The notes under the pieces: model-generated
Database searches by the model: none
Seen by the model: only the letters and a program-made list of their open reading frames with translations
What the model was told of the DNA's origin: nothing
Assembly: GCF_036321535.1 (NCBI RefSeq)
Contig: NC_087447.1
Coordinates: 45,572,001-45,632,000, forward strand
Direction: 5' to 3'
Length of the DNA stretch: 60,000 nucleotides
Origin: Camelus dromedarius
Taxonomy: Eukaryota
In this document: in pieces, positions 13,660-26,526 of the stretch
Layout of the letters: every line of letters begins with the position of its first letter
Position numbering within the stretch: the first letter of the stretch is position 1
Program-made: the position numbers and the translations under genes

Positions 13660-14607
13660 TTGTCTGTAACCACATCCAACTCCGCATCCGCTCGCCTCAT
13701 TGCCTCCTTGCTGACCGGTGTACCAGGACTAGAAGACTTCCAAATCTGGATCTCCATCCCTTTCAGCTTCATGTGTCTCCTTGCTGTGACAGGCAATGGC
13801 CTGGTTATGGCAGTGGTGGCTTGGGATAGAAGCCTCCATGAACCCATGTATCTCTCCTTAGCCATGCTGGCACTCAATGATGTCCTCCTTTGTACTGTCA
13901 CGGTGCCCAAAATGCTTCTCATCTTCTGGCAGGGCCCTTCCCCATCAACGTTTCCTGCCTGTCTCACACAGATGTTTTTTGTCCATGCTCTGTTCCTCTC
14001 TGAATCTGCTGTTCTACTGGCCATGGCTTTTGACCGCTACGTGGCTATCTGTGCACACCTCCATTATGCAACTCTCCTTACAGGCTCTCTCATTAGCAAG
14101 GTGGGCCTGGCTCTGGTGGCTCGAAGTGTGGTTGTTGTCATCCCAGGTGTCCTCCTCATTCTCCGACTGTACTTCTGCCGGAGCAATGTCATCCGCCACA
14201 CCTACTGTGAGAACATGGGCATTGCCAAGTTGGCCTGCAACAGCATTGCCCCTAATAGCATTTACGGGCTCACCGCTGCTCTCCTCACCACCGGGCTGGA
14301 CTTTGTCCTCATCTCCCTGTCCTACTGGTTAATCTTGAGAACAGTCTTCCGATTACCTTCTAGGGAGGCCTGGATGAAGGCCTTTGGAACGTGTGGAGCT
14401 CATATATGTGTCATCTTGATATTCTACACTCTGGCCTTCTTTTCCTTCTTTACCCATCGCTTTGGAAACCATGTGCCCAGGCATACCCTGATTCTCCTGG
14501 CAAACCTGTACCTACTGGTGCCACCTATCATGAACCCCATTGTTTATGGGGTAAAGACAAAAGAGATAAGGGTGTGAGTGCTAGGGCTCTGTAGCCAACC
14601 AAAGTGA
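13660..14607 (+). pseudogene. Class I olfactory receptor, OR52 family; open frame but no N-terminal ATG and an early C-terminal stop
   Basis: Motifs LHEPMY, MAFDRYVAIC, HTYCENMGIAKLAC, KAFGTCGAH, THRFG, PPIMNPIVYGVKTKEIR. The expected start position is TTG (13660, context GCCAC-TTG), after an acceptor AG at 13647-13648. TGA at 14575-14577 is followed by in-frame VLGLCSQPK and TGA at 14605-14607. The conserved PL(R/H)Y reads HLHY. Confidence 0.85.
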
Positions 14608-14876
14608 CCCGAGGGCAATGAAGCAACAAGGAACAGGGGAGTCCAGGATGGAGACACAGGCCTAAATGTCAAGTCGGAATCAATCTGAGCAGATATATTC
14701 CCAGAAAACTTAACCAATGAATAGAGCTTTAAAAATCTGTACCTCCAAATGTTATCTTCCTGATATGGGGTAAACAGGGAGCTAATAAGGAATTGCTCTG
14801 GTACCACCAAGGATTATTTGAACATACTAAGGTATATACCATTGTAACAGCGTAGGGCATTTAAATATCCTTTTTA

Positions 14877-14970
14877 GGGGTAGGGTATAGCTTAGTGGTA
14901 CAGTGTGGTACAGTGCATGCTTAGCATGCACTAGGTCCTGGATTCAATTCCCAGTACCTCCATTTAAAAT
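14877..14970 (+). mobile_element. tRNA-derived SINE, camelid vic-1-like
   Basis: ggggtagggtatagcttagtgg...gcatgcttagcatgcactaggtcctggattcaattcccagtacctccatttaaa, with A and B boxes and an internal 10-nt duplication (gtggtacagt x2). Confidence 0.85.
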
Positions 14971-17809
14971 ATATATATATTCTTTCTGTAAGAAACAGTG
15001 CCCCTTCTATGACAATTTGCTATAGACAGGACAAAATATAAAATTGATAGAGTCAGGGATTAGTTCTGATTCCAGCCACACCATGACATCTACAGGACCC
15101 AGAATATACAAATAATTAAGACATACTTCTTGAATAAATAAATATTTTAATTAGTTAGAATAAATGCTAATTATTTTATGTAAAAAACTCCCAGTATATC
15201 TTTATGTATTATATGACCTATAATTAAAATATTTATTTTCCTTTCATCTCAAAAACCTTTTCATTAGCTCCCAGGTGTGTTCTTCTTATCTCCTTTAATA
15301 CCTTAGTGTAATAAAGATTCTTTTGTTACAAATAATAGAAATTTACTTCAGTTAGATTAAGTAAACAAAAAGCAGGAAATTTCATGGAAACATTCTAAGT
15401 GATGTCATGACAGCCAAGGATAATTTGAATATTTATAACTCAGGTAGGACAAAGGCCAGGCTGCAACAGGATCTCAATAGCAGGAAAGGATGAACTTTTT
15501 CTTGGGTTTGGTGATACTATCTTGTCTCAGCTGCAGTCATTGTAGAACAAGAAGTATAACTGCTCTATAATGGGTCAGACTGCTAACTTGGATCAATCTG
15601 TTATATCCCTTATTCTGATTTAACAGGGATGAAATTGTGTCAGGCAATTCTGAAGAAAAGGAAATCATGGTAAAAGGTCAGGATTATGTTCACTGGATTC
15701 ATTTGGTATATTTATACAAGCACATGCAATTTTCCAGTTTAGCTCTTCCTACACCAAACATTCTTGCTAATTGCGTCCTATAAGCCTGGAACGTACTTTA
15801 TCATCTATAAACTTATCTGCTATGATTCCAGAAGTGTAATCCCTTATCTCCACTAGAAAATACTCATTTTTTGATTTATTAAAGAGCTTAAGTATTTTCT
15901 TGGCATCAGACAGTCAAAAAGTGCATCATGAATATAACAGAAACATATATACACGGTCAAGTGGTTGAATTAATTGAATGAGGGTCTTGAAAATATTTAT
16001 ATTGTTATCATTCTCTTTATATATGCATATAGCTGTTCCTGGATTCTCTGTGTAATCAGGTGGTTATCCACACTGTACTTTTTTTTTAAAGGAAATTATG
16101 TTTTAATTCTTTAACTTATTCAATTAAATGACTTGATGACTAAGTGTGATAATGAAGTATTTTGCAGTGATGCTTTGTATAGTAGAAAATGCTAAACACT
16201 TAGATGGTAAAGAAGATAGCAGTCTTCTCTATTTTTGTTTTTTTCTTGCTATCATGTTTTGCCACAAAGGGCTTTCTGCATATGAAGATGATCAATGTAT
16301 AACCTAAAGGATAACATTTGACATGAAAACACCTGCATTGCATTTTTGCCTAATTGAGGGATTAGAATACAAAAATAAATTATTATTTGGGCTTCTGGAT
16401 ATCTTACAGATTCTTCAGGTAGGCAGAGAATGCTTTTAGAAGGCAAAAAAATACTCATGATTTTATCAGACAAGGTAATATGAGTAAGCATGTCTCAATT
16501 TATAAAATCCATATACAAATGAGATAGATGCTTAAATCATATTATTGCAATTCTAGACAAGAACAAGAAGGCTTCTGGTTTTAGGAGCATAAACTACTTG
16601 CTAGAGGACCGGATTTCAGTCCTCAGTAAGTTTCCAAAAACAAGATAATGCTTCTGTTCTCAATTCTTGATATAACCTTGCCATCTATTCAATCATTCAT
16701 TTATATAGTCAATCACTCACCTCTTCACCAACCTACTTTACTGGGAAAAATTATCTTAATTTTGAGAATATCTGTTTTCTAAATGTCTTTGGTAAAATTT
16801 ATTTTATGAATATAAAGTAACTCTAATAATACATTTTAAGAGCTAGTATAGAGGATAATTTGTAAACTCAAAATTGGGTTATCTCTGTAGACATTCATTT
16901 CAAATAATTTTACTGATACGTGAAATGCAAAATCTAAGATGCAATAGTTTAATTATAGTTCTGTTAGCAAAAAATTGATGAAACTTTACATTTTTTGGAG
17001 CACAAGCATTAGAAAAGGTATGATCAGCATATATATATTAAAATATATATTTCATATTTGAAGGTCTTATATTAAGGATAATTATAAATAGTTAAATGTT
17101 ACTTGTGCAAAGTACAGCTGATGGTAATGTTCACATTCTCCTCAAAATTAACTTTTTTCTATTAATTTTATGTTACTTATTTTATTTTACTTATTTATGT
17201 GAAATATTATCTAAGTTTGATGTTCATATATTTGCTTTATTTTTACTTGCTATCTCTTTGGTCAAGGTAAATGTGCTGCAGGAGAGGGGTAATTAGAAAT
17301 AGAATAAAGATGTAGGAGAGAGGGATGGGAACAAACATAACTGAATTAAAACCGGGAAACAGACAACAGTTCATGGAAATTCTAGATGTACTCAGTATGC
17401 CTAAATTTTGAAATCCTAATTTTAAGTTAGCAGGATCTCTTTTACTACATGAAATGCGGACTGTCTTGGCAGGGCAAATCTTTCCCCCCAAGATTTTTTT
17501 TCAAATCTGAGCTGGTCATTCTTTACCCAATATTTGATTCATTTCTTTATCACTTATACATTAAATAATTAAGTGGCTCTTTTAAACAAAGCATAGTGTT
17601 GATTCTCACAGGTAGTAAACGGCTTGAGGCACAGTTCCTACAGTAGCAAGAATCAGACGTATGAAGACATACTACTTTTTATTAAGACCAAGATAAATAT
17701 TGGGAGTTAAAGAGCATTTTTTTTAAATGGATGACAATTTTATGTCCAACTAATAGTCACACTTTTAAAATTCTACTGCTGTATATACTCTTTTACATTT
17801 CATTTACTT

Positions 17810-18279
17810 TCATTTTTTATTGAAGTATAGTTGATTTACAATGCTGTGTCAGTTTCAGGTGTAAAGCAAGGTGATTCAGTTATACATACATATATTATTT
17901 TTCTGATTTTTTTCCATTATAGGTTATTATAAGATATTGAATATAGTTTCTTATGCTATACAGTAGATCCTTGTTGTTTATCTATTTTACATATAGTAAT
18001 GTATATATGTTAATCCCAAACTCCTAATTTATCCCTCCTCCCCACTCTTTTCCCCTTTGGTAACCATAGTTTTTTCTGTCTGTGAGTCTATTTCTGTTTT
18101 GTAAATAAGTTTATTTGTATCATTTTTTTTTAGATTCCACATGTAAATGATATCATATGTCTGTCTTTCTAATTTTCTTCACTTAATATGTAATCTCTAG
18201 ATCCATTCATGCTGCTGCAAATAGCATTATTTTATTCTTTTTATAGCTGAGTAGTTGAGTAGTATTCATATATGTATGT

Positions 18280-18325
<46 letters not shown>

Positions 18326-19350
18326 ATATCTTTATTTATTCATCTGTTGATGGACATTTAGGTTGTATCCATGTCTTGGCTATTGTAAATAGTGCTGCTA
18401 TGAATACTGAGGTGCATGTATCTTTTTGAATCAGAGTTTTCTCTGGATATATGCCCAGGAGTGGGATTGCTGGATCAAATGGTAAGTCTATTTTTAGTTT
18501 TTTAGGGAACCTCCATACTGTCCTCCATAGTGGCAGTACCAATTTATATTCCCATCAACAGTGTAGGAGGGTTCCTTTTTCTCCACACTTTCTCCAACAT
18601 TTATTGATTGTGGACTTTTGAATGATGGCCGTTCTGACTGATGTGAGGTGATACCTCATTGTAGTTTTGATTTGCATTTCTGTAATAATTAGCAATACTG
18701 AACATCTTTTCATGTGCCTGTTGACCATTTGTATTTCTTCTTTGGAGAAATGTCTGTTTAGGTCTTCTGCCCATTTTTTGATTGGGTTGTTTGTTTTTCT
18801 TTCTTTTATATTAAGTTGTATGAGATGTTTGTATATTTTGGAATTTAATCCCTTGTTGGTTTTATCATTTGCAGTATTTTCTTCCATTCCATAGGTTGTC
18901 TTGTCATTTTGTTTATGGTTTCCTTTGCTGTGCAAAAGCTTTTTAAGTTTAATCAGGTCCCATTTGCTTATTTTTGCTTTTATTTTCATTACTCTAGAAC
19001 ACTGATTGAAAAAAAAATATTGTTGCAATTTATGTGAAAGTGTTCTGCCTATGTTTTCCTCTAGGAGCTTTAGAGTATCCGGTCTTACCTTTAGGTCTTT
19101 AATCCATTTTGAGTTTATTTTTATATATGGTGTTAGGGGACATTCTAATATCATTCTTTTACATATAGATGCCCAATTTTCCCAGCACCACTTATCGAAG
19201 AGACTGCCATTTCCCCATTGTATATTCTTACCTTCTTTGTCATAGATTAATTGGCCATAAGTGTGTGGGTTTATTTCTGGGCTTTCTATTCTGTTCCACT
19301 GATCTGTGTCTGTTTTTGTGCCAGTACCATGCTGTTTTGATCACTGTAGC
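17810..19350 (-). mobile_element. 5'-truncated LINE-1 (ORF2 C-terminal region plus 3' UTR)
   Basis: ORFs 18555-19154 ([15 protein letters not shown]...[17 protein letters not shown]...MRYHLT) and 18336-18542 ([10 protein letters not shown]...FIAALFTIAKTW) are L1 ORF2. The 3' end is at ~17815. Confidence 0.95.
18283..18323. repeat. (CA)n microsatellite inside the L1
   Basis: About 20 tandem CA units. Confidence 0.95.
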
Positions 19351-20375
19351 TTAAAAGGCATTCTTAAAGTCTTTTTTCCCACATGATTTTTTTTGTCTTT
19401 GAACAAGCATAGGCATGTGAACTAAGAAAAATCAATTAAATTTGCAAGGTTTGCATACACCTCTATGCACAGTCATGTGCTAGATAATTTCAGAGTAGTA
19501 TAAAAAGAGAGTTTGTATATTGAAGAGTTCAATATAAAAACTGAGATCTGTATTATCTGTTTCCTGCAACCACAGACTTGTAAGTAGCTATATATACCTC
19601 AGCAAGTTACATTTTTTATGTTTAAATACTGTATCTTAAATTATTATTAGATGCATTTAACCTAATGGGTTATAATCACTGGCTTCACAGGGAATTATGT
19701 CAGGGATTTCAAAAATTACTAAGTTTCAACTTTCTCTAAAATTAAAATTATTTCCTAAAATTTAAAAAAAATTGAAGTTTGCCCCTTTCTATTCCTGAGG
19801 AAACTAAATAGATTAAGAAAGCACAGAACATGTGTGTAAAATTTTAAAAAATGATATTGATGCACCATGAAGATTGATAACTTATGATCTGAGCCCTAAT
19901 ATGCTCTTATAATTAAGATATGATTTTTCCATCTTTAAGAAAGGCAGCATAAACAGGTTAATAAACACATTTGTATAACAAGAAAAATAATATAAGATTC
20001 CCTGACAAATATAGTATGTCAAGAAGCAAAGAAATATGGGTTTAGAATACTCAAGGAAAACTTCATGGATAAGTGACCTTGAATAAGAGTTAGGATTAGA
20101 AATGGGAAAGAACACATGGAAATAGTTTCCAACACATCCCACTCCAACATATTCATTCTTAGAGGGGATTTACGAAGCACATGTGAAGTCAATCTGTATA
20201 GTCCCAGTGGACACCAACTCTCTTCTTTAGGACCTTTTCATGATGCATTCTTGGCTTTTTTTCTTCTCCTTAAGTAATCTTTTGTTGGCAACTCTGGGCC
20301 AACATACCTACAGCAGTCAAATTACTATGTATTTACATCCCTAACATTGATATCATCATTGTCTTGAGGACATGC

Positions 20376-21335
20376 TTACATCAAAGTAGAACTGATTTTT
20401 CTGGGGAGAAGTAGGCAGAGAACTCCTTGGCGGATCTGCTTGGTCTTCACACTATAGATGATTGGGTTGAGCACAGGTGGAACTAACAAGTAGATATGAG
20501 CCATGAAGATGTGCATGAGCAGGGATGAGTGTTTTGCAAAACGATGGACAACAGATAGCCCAATCATAGGCACATATAGAATAAGTACAGCACAGATGTG
20601 GGATGCACATGTGTTAAGGGCCTTAAATCTCCCCTCCTGGGATGAAATTCTTAATACTGAGTGAAGGATGAAAACATAAGACACAAAAATATCCAGAGAG
20701 TCCATGCCCCACAGCACAGTGATCAGAACCAACCCATATATAACATTAAACTTGGTGTCAGCACAGGCAAGGCGGATCATGTCCTGGTGCAGACAATAGG
20801 AATGAGAAAGGATGTGGGAATGGCAGAAGGGAAAGAAGGCCAGCCGGGCCAGAAGGGGAATCATGGCAAAGGCACTCCTAAGCAAGGTTGCAATTCCAAT
20901 TTTAGTGATAAGCACTGGGGTGAGAATGGTAGCATATCACAAAGGGTGGCAGATGGCCACATATCGGTCAAGGGCCATTGCCAAGAGCACAGATGATTCA
21001 GTGAAGGAAAAGGTATGAATGAAAAACATTTGGACCACACACATATTGAACTGGATTTCCCTGGAAATGGACCACAACACCCTGAAGAGTGATGTCACTG
21101 TGGGCAAGGACATGCCCATGTCAGTGAGGGAAAGCATGGCCAAGAAGTAGTACATTGGCTCATGGAGCCTGGGGTCTGTCCAGACAATATGTAGGATAGT
21201 ACAGTTACCCATTATTCCAACAAGGTAGAGGAGACAGAATGGGATGGAAATCCAGGGGTGAAATTCCTCATATCCAGGGATACCTGTGAGATAGAATGTG
21301 GAGGACAGAGTATTGTTGGAGTTTATGGTTGCCAT
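20376..21335 (-). pseudogene. Class I olfactory receptor, OR51 family, single in-frame stop
   Basis: ATG at 21335 (MATINSNNTLSSTFYLTGIPG), LHEPMYYFLAML, MALDRYVAICHPL*YATIL with TGA at 20937-20939, SHSYCLHQD, KALNTCASH, PPVLNPIIYSVKTKQIR. The 960-nt frame is otherwise uninterrupted. Acceptor AG at 21410-21409. Confidence 0.95.
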
Positions 21336-23229
21336 AGGGCTTACTGTTAAACCACAATCTAATTTTGTAATCACATTCCAATGGGAGAGGTAATGAGAAG
21401 ATCAGCATCTGTGTCACAAAAACAAAACAAAATAAAACTTCAGTCCATCCTATAATCACTCCTAGATCCATCCCTACATTTTTGCTTTGTTTTTCTTCAT
21501 TTCATTGCTGAGTGTTGTCAGTTAAATAAAATACCCACTTTTAATCTTCCCTTCTACTTCTCAGGTGCAGACCTATTAACATGCTCTCTGAATATGCACA
21601 ATCTTCTTCTGAAGACACTACCCAAAGCAGCACACAGAAAACCCACTGTAGACTACATTTTTAATTTTGTATTTTTCCTTAGGAACATCCTTGGCCAGAG
21701 TTATTGGTCTTATGTTAGCTCTTTCTCTTTTAAAAAAAAAAATCTTGCAGTGATTTATTTAAAATATCTTTACTTGTCTAAGCTTGATAGCTTTTTCAAC
21801 AATACTAGAATACCATGAAAGACATCTTTACAGAATTCAAGCAAGTATTGGTCAGCATGGTTCTTGTTCTTACTAACATATTTCTGACGCCACAGGGCTA
21901 GTATCCGCAGATAGTCAACTCTAACATGAATTTTATTTTGGACTAGCATCCCCAATAGCTAAATACAGATTAAGACATTTAAAAGAATGTGTAAATTTTT
22001 AAAATTATTATTATACAATATGTAGTTTTATATGTAATACTCTTATTATAATAAATATATAATTTAAGCAAAGTACAATTGATTCTAATTCTGATTTTTA
22101 AGGTTCAGAAACTTCTTCCTATTATGTTTCAGAATTGAATAATCAGAGACTGGTTCTTTTTACAAAAAAAGAAATACAAAACAATAGCTATACAGGGGTT
22201 GTAGAAAGAGAGCAGAAATTCATGATTCAAAACAAAGACAAGAGAAAACAAAATAACAAAAAAAAAATTAATAAAATGCTCAAAAAAAGCCTACTGGTAT
22301 CTGACTTTGACTCTAAATCTTTTCTGCTTGGACAAATGAGTGAATATATTTTCCCCTACTAGATTCCAGTACTTCTTCTGTAGCCAAGAAAAACATCTCT
22401 GAAGTAAGAAAGGTGAGCCACCTCTCAAAATCCCACTTGCCCATCATTGGCCAAGCATCCATGCTCCCCAAAATGCTGGTTTGAGAATTTATAATCCAGG
22501 AGACAGATTACCTCCTATGGTAAATTAATAAACTGGCATCTTGCTGTCTTGTAAAGTCTACTTTGGCCTTTGGGACATCAAATCCCCCTCAATCCTCTCT
22601 AGTTCCATTTGAAAGTAAACCCTGACTACAGAAGATATTTCCCTGGGATGTTTAATAATTTTCTAGGCAGTGAAAGATCCATAACAAAGACATCAAATAA
22701 GTAAATTCCAAAGGTAAATTCAGTATTTTTGACTGTTCATATTAAAACTAAGTTCTCCCTACATACTGTATGAACTAATACTTCTTATGACCTGCTATTT
22801 TCCTCAATCTGCCTGGCTTATTACCTCCTAAAATTCCTATCTATCTACTTCACCTTCCTGTCTATACTTGCATTAATTATTACCTTCAATGCCCAGATTT
22901 TCCAATATTATCCCTTCTTTTTGTTGATTTTCTTCAAATTTCTTATCTACAATTCAAATTTAGAAATTTAGTTCTTTTTATCTCACTGCTTTGTCAATTC
23001 AGACCATTTTTCTGATTTTATAACTCTCTCTCCCATTGCTAAGGAGTAAACATGAAGTTTAATTGAAAACTGGATGATATCTGATCTGAAGGTCAGTCTG
23101 AAGAAACTTTGGTCATCTCAATGACTTATTACTTAGGTTTTAAGGAGACAGCTATCCACCATCTCCCTTATTTAGAATCTATTTCTGTGGTTCTGCCATC
23201 ACATTAACCTAAGCTATATTCTGGTTTCA

Positions 23230-23375
23230 GTGCTTGCTCACTTTAATTTTGACCAAATGACTTTATTTTCTCTCGGTACCAAAGTTGCCTCCTCTGTAAA
23301 CTGAAGATAGTGACAATTTGACAGGATGTGCTAAGGTAATGGAGATATTGTGTGTAAAATACTTAGCACAGAGCT
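23230..23375 (+). mobile_element. MIR SINE fragment
   Basis: ttgaccaaatgacttt...ctctgtaaactgaagata...gtgtaaaatacttagcacag resembles the MIR core. Confidence 0.6.
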
Positions 23376-26300
23376 TTTTGCATGATAACAATGATGATAA
23401 CAAAACAATGATGGTGACAACAGTAACAACAACAATAATTGTGGGGAGGGTGGAGGAAGACCTGAGGAGACTATGGAGTAACCTCCTACAGAGGAAAAGA
23501 CCATGAGTGGCCATCTTACAAAAGTGACCCAGGTAGACTGAAAAGTAGAAAGTGAATTACATCATTTTCATCTCCTTTTCATCCAGTAAAAATTCAGTAT
23601 AGTCAGAGATATGAATTGCTTCTAAATTATTTTCTCTTCCCCAAAATTCCTCTGATCATTATGATGACACTACATACATATTTTCCATTTTATTCAGTGC
23701 TAATTTTGGAAAAAAAACGAAAAAACAGAGTCCAGGATTTAATGAGATGTCTCGCCAAGAAAAGGAATGAGATCTTTGGAATTTTAGTGAACTAGGAATC
23801 AGAGTAGTCACATTACCATTCTTAAGTTACCACAACATAAATACTCATTACACTGCTGATATTCACTAGTATCTGGTCCATCTGTTATTTCACAACCCCT
23901 TTATTGTAGAACTGGTTCATTTCAACAATCCAACTCCTATTGTTCCTGATCCTACAATTTCAAACTCATACACATGATCTTGTAATGGCTTCCACCATTC
24001 CACAGAGGAGGAAGATGGAGACTGCGGAGTTAGTTTATAAACTGAAAAATCTGAAGGACTTAAATAATGTGGGGTTTAGACCATAATTAACAATTAATGT
24101 CATGTTAAAAGTCACTGATACTTGGGATGGAAGGGACCGTGAAGGTTATCTGGTATAATCCAAATCTTATTGCGGAATTCCTCTTGGGTTATGTCTGAGA
24201 ATAGTCCCTCACCCTGTGTAAGCAATCGTCATGCCCACGGACAGAGAGGAGACCACTGACCATAAAAGTCTAAGGCATATCAGGAAAGCCTATCTGAAAA
24301 GTCTGATTCTGGTTTGAATGCTTTGAGCATGGGTATGAACAATATAGATATTTGGTGCAGTTACGTCTTGTGATGAACAGAGAACCTCTCCCTTCTTGAA
24401 CCAGTCTCCCGATCCTCCTTTGTGTATCTGCCCTCTCTTTTATCTCTCAAGTCCTTCTCTGTATTTTCCTATTACCTCCCACTTTTATTTTTCCCAGTCC
24501 TCATCTACTTGGTAGAATAGTTCCTCTTGTCATGAGAGACCATTCTGACTCTCAAAGCAAGAAAGATGATTAATAAGTCTTCCTCCAGTCCTTAGAGATA
24601 ATAGGCCCCAAGATAAATGCAGGATTGTGCCTGTAACCCCATCAGTGCCACCGTTTCTGTTTATGGCCCTCCTCCAAATTCTTCCTTTACCATTTCAGAT
24701 TGTGGCATAAGAGTGCAGTTTGGGAATACAAGGGAAAGAGGGCTATAATGATTCTCAAATATTTATTGCCTCAATATCTGGAACAAGTGATATAGTACAA
24801 CATGAATATGAAATACTAGTTTCTGTCCAGAATATGGTGGGTAGTAAAGAATTTTAGATATGGGGTAGCCAATGAGAGGGACTTATTGAGTTGAGGGACC
24901 TAGAGTCTATAACCTAAGAGCTGGAAGTGACTATAGTTCAATTCTATTATTATATACTAGGTAAAAATGAGACTCCATTATGTGATTTACCTCCTCAAAA
25001 TCAAATAATAGGGAGTATATGGAACATCACTGAACCTTTCACTCAATTTTGCTGTAAAGTTATATCTGCTCTAAAAAATAAAATCTACTTTAAAGATCAT
25101 AAGCAATAAAGCCAATATTATTACTCAAATCTGATTCTCTAGAGTGGTACTTTATTCACTGTGCCATAGAGTTCTTCCTGATGAAACAGATTAGATACAT
25201 TTGGTATGACTATAAATAGATGCTTTCTCAATGAATAAAACTCCCTATGTTTGTCAACAATATTGACTTCTAAACATCTATGAGTGATTAAGCATGCAAA
25301 AGGGTTGGCATGTGGACACTGAATGATGAGAATTCTCTAATTAGTGTGGAAGTTTCAATTGTAACGCCAGTCCTCTTTGGTATAGGAACTGCTTAAAAAG
25401 TGTGGTCTATTGTTAATCTTTCCAACTCTAGTTTTGAATTTGGTAATATTGATTGATTTAATTATAACTCTTAAGAATTGAATCATCTATTATCTCACCT
25501 AAGATATTGTTTATTGCATATATTGCATACAGCTTACTACTCTTCAGGCACTGTGATATTTAATACATTCATCGATAACTGGCTCTTTCAGGAAGTGAAA
25601 AACAGAATTACCTCAATAGAAGTAATAGTTCTCATAAAGAAATTCAACATCCATTGATAGTCTACGAAAATAAGAGGTTATTTCTACCCTTTCATAGAAA
25701 AACTCTCACAACTCCATCTTTACACATTTCCTTGTGAAATTACTAGAGAAATGATTTTAACTTACTGCCTTCACTGGCACTGGATACTTTAGAATTCTCC
25801 TTGTACTTTAATTTCTTTAATATTAATTTAAATCACTTTGACATCATCTGAGTTTGATGTGATCAAGGATCCCAAATTTAGAGCATTATCATTAGTCAAG
25901 GCAACCACATTCCTTTACCATAAGGTCTATGTATTTCTCAGATACATGCCAGGAGGAAATAAAAAGGCAATTTCATGTCCCATTTCCAAATTCTTTCTTT
26001 GGCAACCAAAGTCATGAGCTCAATTTTGAATAGTTCACTATGATGGGGAGGAGGTGATGGGCAAATATTCACATTTAGAGCTATGGACAGATCACTACCT
26101 AGACCACAAAGCCTAAGAGTAAATACAAACATGAAAGACTGGTTGCAGGAAGAAAGGCATTCTTAGCCTCTTTTCCAGATCTTCTCTACTCTGTGCCCTG
26201 AATATAATGAGCTGCATCGAGGTACCTCTGCTCTCTGGCTTCTAGTTTCACTTGGTCAATGATGGGAATGTCAGGAAACAGGAATACAAAAGAACATGCA

Positions 26301-26496
26301 ATTGCAGCGTTTGCTCCCCTGACTCCCCACCAACCCTCCCATTTTGGTTCCTCATGGTGGCTGCCTCTCTCTACAGAAGGGAACACTCATGCCAGGTGTC
26401 CTTCTCCACATGCTGTCCTTTCCATGGTCTGGTAAAATGTTTTCCCTTGCCACTTCAGGACTAGTGATGGGAGCAAACTTTCATTTGTAATACTAA

Positions 26497-26526
26497 GATC
26501 TATCTATCTATTTATCTATCTATCTA
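26497..26526. repeat. (TATC)n microsatellite
   Basis: Interrupted tandem tatc units. Confidence 0.7.

Noticed and set aside
14881..14960. tRNA-Ala-like sequence
   Set aside because: It has an internal duplication, an A-rich tail and a second dispersed copy, so it is a SINE rather than a tRNA gene.
18555..19154. 199-aa ORF
   Set aside because: Frameshifted L1 ORF2 fragment, not a host gene.
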